A DNA stretch of 64,000 nucleotides, from assembly GCA_900088475.1 (NCBI GenBank), contig FLMG01000368.1, positions 62,001-126,000 of the forward strand, written 5' to 3'. The notes under the pieces were generated by a model. The model had not been told where the DNA came from, did no database searches, and saw nothing but the letters and a program-made list of their open reading frames with translations. A program made the position numbers and the translations under genes. Source of the DNA: Hyphochytrium catenoides. Taxonomy: Eukaryota > Protista > Hyphochytriomycota. How positions within the stretch are numbered: position 1 is the stretch's first letter; every line of letters starts with the position of its first letter. Shown piece after piece: positions 34,664 to 46,296 of this stretch.

Positions 34664-37600
34664 TGTTCTACTTTTTCTTTCGGGTCGCCACTCTGATCCC
34701 GCTAACTGCTGCTTGAAAACAGCTTCAAGACTATAGTGGATTCCTTGCTGGAAGGTGTCAACTGTAGCATCATTGTCGTAGGCTCATCCGCCACAGACAA
34801 GGACAACGTGACTGAAGGCTATGTAACGGAGGATGGAGACAAAAAGGACGGTCTCATCTCCTGCTTGGTGTCCCAAATCTTTGCTGCCATTGACAAGAAA
34901 GTTGAAGGGTTTGGGAAGAAGGCGCCATTCTATGAGTCCACCGTCGGTGCCGGTTTTGTCGAGTGCTATGATGAGGTCATCAATGTATGTAACACCCTTC
35001 TGATACCTGCTTCAGGTCCTATACACATGGCAGGCCCTTCTCCTACACTCATTTTCTATCTTGACGTCTGTTACCTATGAATGGTCTTAACGCAGGGCTT
35101 CTTCATGTGCAGGACCTTCTACAGCCACAAAGTCGGAACCTGAGAGTGGTTGAGGACGAGACGTATGGGGTGAGTTACTCATCCGTGAGAGATTCGTTTC
35201 AGTCTATTAAAGTCGCCTCCTCTGTCCTATTACCTCAATGGCCTTTCGGCCTTCGGCACTTTCGCTCCCAGATCCACCCCCTGGGAGAAACGATTCGTAC
35301 TGGGAGCCGTGAAGTCATTCAGACAGTGGTAGAGACCGGTCGGGCAAATCGGGACAAGGCTACTGGCATGCATGGACCAGTGCGCACGCATGCCGCTTCT
35401 CTATTTAAGCTCATCATATCACAGACTTTGAAGGAGGGTCTGGTCCCAGGACAAACATACGACTTGAAGCTAGCATCCACGCTGTTAGTGGTCAATTTGC
35501 CGTGCTCGGAAAAGCTAGCTATTCCTCCCTCTAGTCTGAGGTAGGTCGCTTCACTGCCTGCTATCCCGCCGTCCAAGCGTGACTAGCTCCCGCGTCCTTC
35601 CCTGTTACCTTCCATCTTCTCACCTTCCTTTGGTCTTTGCCTTCAGTTCCCGCAATACTATTTTCGCTCTGCCACATCTTCATCTTCCGTCTCGATCTCT
35701 TTTTCCTTCAGTCACTATCTCATTGGCTCATTAACCCTCAATGCGCCCACAGGCTGAAGGAAGGTCCGACCTTGAACAAGACGATGCTCACACTGCGTAC
35801 CATCTGCGAGCACATCAGCCGGCAAGGGCTAGACTTTGCTCCCTTTTCCTCTTCGAAGATGACGCATCTCATGCAGGTTTTTGTTCATTTCGTACCTCTA
35901 TCTGCTCCTTTTTGGCTTTGGTCGCAAAACTTACTCCCGTTATTATTGTTTGATATATATCCCCGTCTCCGTCGTCTTTACCTTCTCAATCGTCTTTACC
36001 TTTTCATTATCTGCGCTTTGCACCGGTCCCACCGCTGTAGGACTCGTTGGGTGGAAACAGCATCACGGCCTGTCTAGCCTTCTTAGCCAACGGCGACTCT
36101 GTCGGGTCTTATGAGACGCTCCGACTGGTAAACTTGATGCAGGCTCTGACCACTTTCCCGGTTGTCAATGATGAAATGGTCCAAGGTGAGTCAGACCTAT
36201 GGAGTGAAACTTGGTAAAACCAAGTGGCTACGCCTGTGAGGGAGCTGAAAGGTGTTAGCGGGAGAAAAACACGAGCAGGGAGGAAATCATCAAGAAGAAG
36301 AGAAACAAAGATTGGTCTTGAACAAGAGACAAACAAGAATCCAAACCAGGGCTGCATGGCCTTGTCTTATCGACTGTATTTTTACTCTTGTGAAGATCCT
36401 TCCAGAAGTTGATGCCTTGTCCTCTTTCTTGCCGTGGTGATCTTGCCTTTGGCTCCCAGTAAAGGCAGCCGAGCTAACCTTCTCTTCTCTTGAGGCCTTC
36501 TCCGTCGTCATCGGCTAGAGGTCATTGGTATTAGAGACGAGATGGAGAGCTTGCGAACTGGCAACAATACCAAGGAGATCAGTGATGATGAGCTTATGCA
36601 GCGAATTACTGAGCTGGAGGGCAAACAAGTCTCTACCAAGATGGAGAAGCTCAAGGTCACACAGGAAAGGTATGCCCCAGCCGGAGACCGATGAGAAGAC
36701 CACGAAGGGGGGACTTGATCAGAAGACCAGGATGTAGTAAGCTTCTATCGATGAAGAGAAAACTGAACTGCCAAGTGGCTACGGGTTGAGCCATCTTGAA
36801 GTTCCCGTACATGACGGACAAGTCCGACCTACCCTGTTCAGTTGATGCGATCTTAGATATCTCTATCTGCTATTTACCTTGGCTGGCTGAGCTTATAGTT
36901 TGAACCCCTTGCCTTGGTAGGGAAGCACTGTCGGAGAAGCTGCTGGCACTGAAGCGGAAGTACCAGGCACTCGTTCAAAGTAAAATGGACGTGCAAAACG
37001 AGCTCATCCAAAGTGAGGAAGAGAAGCTGCGCCTCTCAAGGGCACTGCTTGATCTCCAGATGCAAAGTGTGCAAATGAAGGAGAAATGGGAAAAAGAGGT
37101 GAGTTGAAAGATCGATGGGATAAAGCACCCGAAAGAAGGAGGACTAAAATAGAGTCTACTCCCTAGCTGCATTTACCGTGTCTCGCAAATCCTAAGTCTT
37201 ATCCCTATCAGTTTCGGCATCTGGCACTGATCCTAGCACCTTCCTACCCAGTTATTAATTCTCTGTTTAACCTGCTTGCTCGTTGTCCTCTTCCTCCCTC
37301 TCCACTCTCACTTAATACTACCTTCGACAGAAATACGAGTTGGTGTCAAAGCTGTTGAACGCTGAGAATGATATTCTGGAGCTGGAGCAGAAGGAGCAGA
37401 ACAAAGAGAAAAATACGTCTGAGGTTCAGCTAAGGCTGCAGGAAGAGATGGCAGAAAGGTAAGAAGGGAAACAGCTCGGTTTGATCCGCTAGAATTGGGA
37501 GCTTAGATCTGAGAGAACGCACGATGCAAAGGTGCATTGGTCTCACGGGAAAGGCATGAACGCAAGGGGCTTAGGTTTATAGGACTCTCGGAGTAATTTG

Positions 37601-40600
37601 ACCACCGAGGCCATCCCAATAGTTGAAAAGGGCCGCAACCATGCGAAGCGGCCGGCGGTGGAGAGCAGGCACACTCAAACGTCGTCCTTCTCCGATCTTA
37701 CGCACACTTTAGGAAAGGACTTGCCATGGAGTTTATTGCTCTAAAGACAAACTTCATGAACCTCACTGCGTCTGCGCAGCAAGAGAAGCTCAAGAACAAA
37801 GAGCTGGCGGAGGAGCTACTGACTGTCATAAACCAGAAGCAGGCAATCTACCTTTCTCAATAGACCTCTCTTTTGGGGTTTGCTCCTTTAATGAAGCTCT
37901 TATCGCTTTTGTCTGCCCGTTTTCCCTTCAGCTGCTTTGAGTGTAGCCTAACATGCCTCCTTTTGTCCTCCTTCCTCTAGGTGCTTTCTCGACAAAATGA
38001 GGACTTGGAGCGCTCTCTCCAGACCCTCAAGGGTCAGGTGGCAGAGGCCAAGGGGGAGGTAGAGGCGCTTAGAGTCGGTAAGGAGGAGATGGCGTCGGAA
38101 GTCAAGCACCAGGCTGAAGCTACAGAGACACTCAAACGAGAAAAGGCCAAGGTTGGTTGTTGCAGGAGGACCGACATCTCTCTTTCTCCTGTTACTTTGT
38201 CCTCCTTTCTTTGACAGTATTTTTTCTCTCGTTTGACCTACTCTCTCCTATTCACATATAATGCAAACATGCTCTTGACTTCTCTGATGGCTTTTCCTAC
38301 TCGGCTGACCGCCTCTCGTAGCTGGAGCTTCAGCTGGAAGCAGCTACTCTCGAGTTCCAGAGTCGAAAGCTGGAATATGACAAGACCTCAATGGATCAGA
38401 GCAGAGAGAAGGATAGTGAAGCGCAATTGGTGCGAAAGGCGATGGAGGGAGAGTATAAGAAACTTAGTCAGGAAAGAGAGGCTCTTGTCAAGAAACTCAA
38501 AGAGGTATACTTACTCTCGAGCTACCAAGTCTCGTATCCAGTCCCGCTGGCACTTCATCCTCTTGTGTGTATAGGACCTTTACGTATGTGAGGGTGTTTC
38601 TTGTGGCTACATCGCTGCTTATCCGGCTGTGCTTGTGCCTTTCTTTCTCGCTCTCTTTCGCTTCCTCTCGGTATCTCTTCAAGCCTGGAGTCTCCGTCTC
38701 TGCCCCTGACTTTCTGGGTGTCTCTTCCTTGCCTCCCTTTTGCGCTGTATATGACTTCTCTCACATGTCCTGCAAATACTAAAACGATTTGTCTTCATGC
38801 GTATAACGTCCACCTCTATCCCACAGGCGGAAACAGAGAGTCGCTCGCGTCAGCGGCGAATTACCGAACTGGAGACAGCTATGGCCCGAAAGAGTGAGGA
38901 TGTTTTGGAACTAACTGGGAAGGCAGCAGCGCTAGGAGAGTCACTCAACTCACTGCAAGAGAGCTATAGATTGAAGCTGTTGCACTTTCTCACGAGTGAT
39001 GAGGAGGGAAACAAGGCTAAAGAGAACGTAAGGGAAGCTAGAGCCATGACGCCAGGTAAGAAAGAAAGCGTCCCTCTTTGTCTCGCCCATCCTCCTTGTT
39101 TTCTGCCTGGCCCTTCTGCATTGGCGGTTGGTCTTCGTCTCTAGCGTTTTCATGAGATTCTTGTTGTTCCTCTCTTTGATGTCATGGTTTTCGGCTTCCT
39201 GCTTCCTGCTTTGGGTGCTCTGAGCAATGGTTATCCCACTTCGAGAAGTAGATACATCATCACCTCTCTTTTTCTGATATTTAATTCGATATGTTGGACC
39301 AGCTGGAGAGACATCTGCCAGTGGCAACTCAATTCCCGCAGCCTGGGCGAAGTATGCATCCGAGGCCAAGGAGGGCAAAGCGGAGGCATCCGCGAATGTG
39401 CAGCGCCAGGAGCTGTTGAAGGAGCTAACGCTCACCTACAAGGCCAAGGAAGTAGAGCTCCAGGCTGCACTAGAGAGGTACTCGTAGGACTGTTTCAGGA
39501 CATTAGACAAGATACATTTCTTGCTAAATAGCCGCTTGCTCTCTAATACTCTCTCTTCCTGCCTCCAAGTAATTCTGNNNNNNNNNNNNNNNNNNNNNNN
39601 NNNNNNNNNNNNNNNNNNNNNNNNNNNNNNNNNNCGGACAAAAGTATCCTTTTATCTTTCCCATTGGTCACACATGTGTCTCATGGTGTTCGCGTTGCGG
39701 TGTAGTCTACGTGCCAAGAACAGTGAGGTGACGCGTAAGAATCGATTGCTCTACGAAACCTTCGAGAAGATGAAGTATGTGCTAGAAGACCAGGTATTGG
39801 CAATTTTTCCACCCCTTGTCTCTGATGCTCTTGTTATGCCCATTGTCGGGCCCTAATGGCTCGAAAAGCAGATGCCTTGATCATTACCTCCAAACATCTT
39901 CCCTAATCTGAAGGTGATTCCTCTATTCTGTTGTCCCTCAAAATAAATGAGAGAGCTTCATCTTTCTCCGTTGCCTAATGAGAATCTCTTCTGTTGCTTT
40001 CCTGATAATCATCATTCGCTTGGTCAACGCGACTCTGCAGAACTCGGGAGAGAAGCTACCCAATTTACCTCCGGAAAGCGAGCTGAAGGCGGCTGGGCCT
40101 ACTGAGCTAGAGGCAGAGATGGAGAGAGAAATTGTATGTCTCAAGAAATTGTCTTCTTGGACCTTTCTTCTCTTCGCTTACCGTTTTCTTACGAAGTTTC
40201 CCTTTTTGCCCTGTATATCAATGAATGGATTCCATAGTTTTCCTGCTACTTCTGCTTCTGAAAGAGCTTTGATGGCGGATTTTGATCTCGCCCCTACTTG
40301 GGCGGGGCATTTATACATCTGTTGGCTCTAGCTTCTTAGTGCTTACACTCCTCTTCCCATCTTTATTATCGGCATCATTGACCGGGCACCTCTTTGCAGA
40401 CCATTCTTAGGGAGAAAGCTCGCCACTTGCAGGCTGAAGTTTCAATGCAGCAAGAGAAAGGGCTTCAAATGGCCGAACAGTTCAAAGGGACCGTCTCAGG
40501 GCTAGAGGTAGAGGATCGTTTTGTGCTTTTCTCCATGCACTGCCGTCACATCAGCCTTTTGGGTTACTTTTTGCCTCTGCTTGCCTCAATAACGTAGTGT

Positions 40601-42146
40601 TTCACAATGGCCTTGCTTCTCACATACCGCACACTGCAGGCGCGCTGTGCGAAGTTGAACAACCAAGTGGAAAGTCTTAGAGAAGAGAATAAACGACTGT
40701 TCGGGGATCTTAGTCGCTTCGGTAAGCAAGGCGTCCAGACCGTTTCTCCTGCACTCAGCTCGTGTTACTTTTGATGGCTTGGTCGCCCTCTGAGCAAGGT
40801 GTTGAGGGAGTTCTTCCCCCTTTCCCGCTGCTTTCTAGCGGGTGGATGCCTTCCTGCTCATGTGACGGCCAGCTTTTCACGCTCTCTTTCCTGGTGGTCT
40901 GATGAGCTGTGTCTCTCTCCCTTCCACAACCTCCTTGTGCAGGGAACAATGAGAGAGGTTCAGACCCGGAGACCCTAAAGGAGCTGAAAGAACTGCAAAA
41001 GACCGTTCTGAGTCAGCTTGAAGAGATCAAACAGCACCGACCAGGTTCACGATTTCATTCTCTCTCAACTGTCCAGCTATCCTGTGTCTATGCCCGCCAA
41101 CTATCCTACTTCCGCCGCACTGCCGTTTGGAGCATAGCTCTTCTATGATCCACTCGGCTAAGATTTGACCCTTTTTCAAGGTCCTCGCATGCGAAGTAAT
41201 CTCATTTGCCCTAGAGCACTTACTGTTTCCAACTCATCTCTTTCTCTGTGTAACAAAGTTCATTGATGCTCGCGAATAGTCTCCTAATGATCTTGCCATG
41301 CCATTTCTTTAGCTGGTTCTTCAGCTGGCGCTAACCACGACCGGCAAGAAAGAAGTCCCAAGAATGAGAGGGAGACGGAAGAGCTCAGAAGAAAATTGAA
41401 GAGACTAGAAGAAGAGAATGAAGGGCTCCGGTCCGAGAATAGCAAGCTCCATAGCGATATGGAAGGGCTGAAGACAAGAAGACCCTCAAACGCTCCGTCT
41501 GGGGCCGCTCAGCAGGGAGATGACGGACAGGTAGAGGCTGCTCGATCGCTCTCTTTCGGTGATTGCACTTCCATATTGAAGTCCTGGCATTCTGTCATAT
41601 TCAAACTTCTGAGATGCACATATTCAATGCTGCCCATCCTTCGGGAAGAAGAAATATCCTGCGCAACTCGTTTATCCCTTACCCCCTCTTTCCTATCTAC
41701 AGAAGAAGCGTATTGAAGAGCTCCAGAAGGAGAATAGCAGCCTCAGGACAAAGCTTCGGGAGCACGAAAACGTGGCAAGGGTGAGACGCTTACGGCCAGC
41801 CAAATACTCGGAGAGACCCCCGCACTGGCTGACGAGAATTCTTCGCGTCGTGGTCCCCTGTTGGTTCTCCCCTGCTTCTTGTCTAGGACAAAACCTCTAT
41901 GGCTGGATTGGATGAGAATCAAAAGTTTGCCAAGTATGTCTCTCAGGTCGCCATGCTGGAAGAGGAATTAGAGCAAACCAAGAAGTTCCTAAAGGTCCGG
42001 TGCCTATTTCTTTCTTCCTTTCCTATCACCGCCTCAAATGACTCGATTTTCCCCACCTTGCTATAAACTGACTCTGCCAGGCGACTACTGTCAAGCTCAC
42101 CAAGAGAATAAAGGACCTGGAAGCTGAGTTAGCAAAAGCAAAATGA
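34059..42146 (+). CDS. Kinesin-like protein with degenerate motor domain and CCDC78/DUF4472-like coiled-coil tail, more than 20 exons
   Basis: Kinesin scaffold motifs EFDRIF, LLEGVNCSI, VECYDEVIN|DLL, RLKEGPTLNK, SKMTHLMQ|DSLGGNS, PVVN. Tail SEEEKLRLSRALLDLQ...KYELVSKLLNAENDILELE. ATG at 34059, TGA at 42144-42146. Confidence 0.85.
34629..34663 (+). repeat. (TCTG)n tetranucleotide microsatellite in a kinesin intron
   Basis: About 8 consecutive TCTG units. Confidence 0.9.
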
Positions 42147-42354
42147 AGCTAAAGACTGGACGTGCATAGACGTTCGATGGTTCCTTTCGTACTTGGGATT
42201 GATTTATAGCAGTGTACGGACGAGTGCGTGACGGAAGGTTGCACTCTTTCGTCCACAGCCCTGTGAAGGCTGGTGAGGAGATATACGCGTCTCCTACTTC
42301 TACCTTCTACATATTGATTCAGAGAAGCGGAGAGAGCGGAACATGCTATACTAC

Positions 42355-45300
42355 TTAGTATTTAGCCAGATACTTCTGCAGCAGCGCCGTCGTGGAGGAG
42401 TTGAAGCCCTGGATGGACCCAGTTTCTGCACCTCCTGTCCCCCTGCTTTGCTGCAACTGGCCCCTGACTTTTTTGGCTAGGACCTTTCCAAGCTCCACGC
42501 CCCATTGGTCAAAGGAGTTGATGTTCCAGATGAGCCCTTGCACAGCGGTCCGGTGCTCATACAAGGCGAGCAGTTGTCCTGTGCTATATGCATCCAGGCG
42601 CTGGAAGAGAATTGAAAGAGAAGGACGATTGCCAGGGAAGAACTGTAGCAATTGAGTTAGTATATATGTCATGCCAGCTGCTGCAGTTTTGGCTGTTGGT
42701 ATGCCTCTTATACTCTTACTTCCTAGTCCTGTGGCCCTTATGTACCAATAAATTCTCTTTATTAGACCATCCCTTGTAAGTCTGCCGTTACCTAGTATTC
42801 GCCTTCGTCCCATTCTCTGGCACTTCTCAATCCTTCAGCAGTATCCCCACTCTCACCTTGTGCGGGCGGAGCTCCTCAGGAACGCCTTCCTTCTCCAATT
42901 CCTCCATGGTCTTTCCATATGCGAGCGCATCGGGTTGCGCAAAGAAGTTTGACATCAACTCATCATGGTTGGATACCGCCTGCCAGTAACGAAACGGTCG
43001 GAAGTGTCAACTCTTACGTTCAAAAGGGCTAAAAAAGACGGTGACATTGCTATCGCCCTCGGGGAGAGGTCAGGTCATAAACTATTATGAAAGGTCCCTA
43101 GTTACCTGTCCGGGAAGCTTGATAGGCTCTTGAGACACTGCATACCCGATGAAGTCCGCTGGAATGACTCTTCCTTGGTGAATCAGCTGATAGAAGGAGT
43201 GCTGTCCATTTGTTCCAGGTTCTCCAAAGTTGATCTCTCCCGCTTCAAACTTCAGCTCCCTCCCTTCTCTATCGACTCTTTTCCCGTTGCTTTCCATGTC
43301 CACTTGCTGGATGTGCGCAGGGAAGCGGAGAAGTGCCTGAGAATAAGGCAGCAGAGCCCTAGCGGCATGCCCTAGGAAAGAGGAATTCCAGACACCAACA
43401 AGGCCCATAACGACTGGTATGTTGTTTCTGAGTGGTGCAGAGAGAAGATGCTCGTCTATAGAGGCAGCACCATCCAGGAATTTGCGGAGAATGTCATAAC
43501 CATACTGGATCGAAAGAGGACATACTCCCACCTGAGCACGCATGCAAGGAAAGACGTAAGTAAACGGCCATGAAGTACGCATAAGAGATAGGGATGATCT
43601 AATACAGGCCGAGAGAGGGATATTACTCAGGGCGCCGAGTAGAGCAAGAAAGGAAAACCAATCAGATAATACTAGGTGCGCGGACAGAAGGTGTACACAA
43701 GGGAGTGCACCGAAATGCTTACCGCACTGCAGACTGAGTATCGCCCTCCTACCCAGTCCCAGAATCCAAAGACATTTTGGGAGTCTATTCCAAACTCAGA
43801 TGTGAGCTTCAAATTAGTGCTCACAGCGGCCATATGGCGCGCCACTACCGCTTTAGGATCCTGGCCCTTCAGGCCCTGAAGTAGCCAATTCTTCAGGGTG
43901 CTAGCGTTCAACATGGCTGCGAGAAAGAGGGTCCAATAATATTTGACACATGACAGCAAAGGGTGAGTATGATAGGTGATAGACCACGAGCTACGCGTGG
44001 TAAAAATGACACTCCAAACTTCCTTCCCTCCCACACTCCTCCTGTCTGGCTGCACTTATTCTAGATTCCCCTTTGGCCGCCATTGCCCATTGCAAGGCTT
44101 ACAGATAGGTGCCAAGTTAATCAGCAGAAATGGAGGTGCTCTCAAGTGAAGGGGTTTCTCCCGTTCGATCCAACTTACTTTCTGCGGTCGTGAATGTCTT
44201 TGACACGACAATGACAAGGGTCTCCTCGGGATTCAGGTCCTCGGTCGCCCGTGCCACATCTACAGGGTCCACATTTGCCAAAAAACGAAGGCGACGACCT
44301 TCGGCGGCCGCCCGGGCAGCTGGATCGTGTCGCAAAGCCTCATAGACGAACTCTGGGCCCAAGTAGCTCCCGCCAATACCAATCGAGACGACGTTCTTTA
44401 GAGGTTTGCCCGTGACTCCCTATGTGCAAACGCGAGAGAAGTACATATTGTTCAAAAAAATAAATAAAGGAAAGCTATAGTTCAGGATAAATAAATAAAG
44501 GAATGTTTTAGTTCAGGCCGGAAATGATTGTAGATGACGAGGCAATTAAAGGCTGCACACTTCAAAAGGAAGACACATAAGAAAAGCCTCAGTATTGATT
44601 GTAATGTCCGGCAAAGAGAGAATCAGAAGCAGCCCAAGTAAACGAGGAATCCAGACCTTCCAAGATCCTGAACGGATGCTGTTGCTGAAGGCTTGGATTC
44701 TGTCAAGAACTTCATGTACGTCCTTCACTACATTCTTTCCGTCCAGTTTCATGACCTATTATAAGAATGAGACGTCCATCCTGTTAAGCATAGAATCTCT
44801 CCTCCCCGTGGTAGGCTTTTCTGACCTTCTCCTTTGGGGCTCTGAGGGCCATATGGAGGACCGCCCTGTTCTCGGTGTTGTTCCATTTAGCACCGTCAGC
44901 TATGGCTCTCTACACGTCAGGCAAAAGGTGATGGGAGAGATAACGAGTCAGCTGGAGCGGTGTTAGGTAAATAAAGCTTATCATACCAGCTTTTGCTTTA
45001 GCTCTGCGACATCTGCAAGTTCAAATAGTAGGTCCTAGATGGCATATACGGCAAAGAGGAAAGGCTGTTGTGAGGCTCTCTGACCGGTTGCCCACAGTAC
45101 CTTTGCGCGAGGTGAAATAGACATGGTAGACCCTGAGCTACCTCTACCGCACTTTTACCTTACCAGAGTCTCCAAGTTCGCATTCTGCCGGGAGTAGTCC
45201 AGGTAGATACCGTCATGGTCTGCGGTCATCACCTTATTACGCTCCTCATCCTGCGCAGATTTTCTCAATAGCAGTTTAGGCGCTAAATAACAATCTTAAC

Positions 45301-45393
45301 GCGTACCTTAAGCAGGTCTCTAAGGTGCTGAGCCCTGATGGTCTCCGCATGAGCCTCAAGGCGCTGCCAGATGTTAGTGTCTTTGATAGACAT
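42355..45393 (-). CDS. GPI: Glucose-6-phosphate isomerase, cytosolic type, multi-exon
   Basis: Motifs [86 protein letters not shown]. No N-terminal targeting extension ([15 protein letters not shown]). Confidence 0.96.
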
Positions 45394-46296
45394 GATTCTG
45401 ACAGATATAAAAACAGCGCCGATCAACCCTTAGCAATATGTATGAAACCTGCAGTGACACCTTGAAGGCAAAAACCTCACTTACTGGATGTCGCTCACAA
45501 GGTAGGAGGCGTCTGAAGATCAATCGGTCTCTAGTCTGCAAGGTGTAGAAAAGGTCGGCTAGGAGCGCGATGTCGGCGAGCTTCGTGACTCTCAAGCGCT
45601 GAGCGAATGAGGAAGAAAACGGACAAATGATGAGAATCTTTGACCGTGACGGCTTCCGACTCGATCCTTGGGACCCACAGGAGACGCAAACCCACACCTT
45701 TCCTGAAAGAAATCAACTTGAAGGAAACATTCATTAGACCTTATTACCTTGATATTTGCGGATCTACCTGAACGTTTCACGAAGCAATCGCGGAGGATTC
45801 CCTAGTACTTGGCAGGTGTGTTTGCTTGAATACTGTATCTTGTGATTGTCAGAATGAGCGGAAAACAATAGGGAAAGGGCCTGTCTATGAAGCAGGAGAT
45901 CTGACCTGCTGTACACAGCCGAATGCTACAACGCACTGTACAGCATGGAAGGTACAACGAGTCCCGGAGGTGTACTGGATATTGTCCTGGGGTAGCTGTG
46001 TGGGCACAATGAGGAGCGGAGTGTCCTAGAGATTTGCACCCGATCCCAGATGAAGCTTTTGGCTAGTCTGGAAGAGCTCATCAGAGAAGTATGAACTTTA
46101 TATTTACCGGCCAATCTCACCCTACATAAGTTCAGCTGAATGCTGACCTTTCAGACTGCTAACCTCCGCTGCGCAGGTCTGGGCCCCGATGCAGCTCCCT
46201 TAGTGGTAATATTAGACGTTAGTTCATGACCGGGACTGGCGGTCCGCTGGAGCAGCGACTCTATCTGGAGCCCATGCCTCTGAGAGAGGGGAGCAG

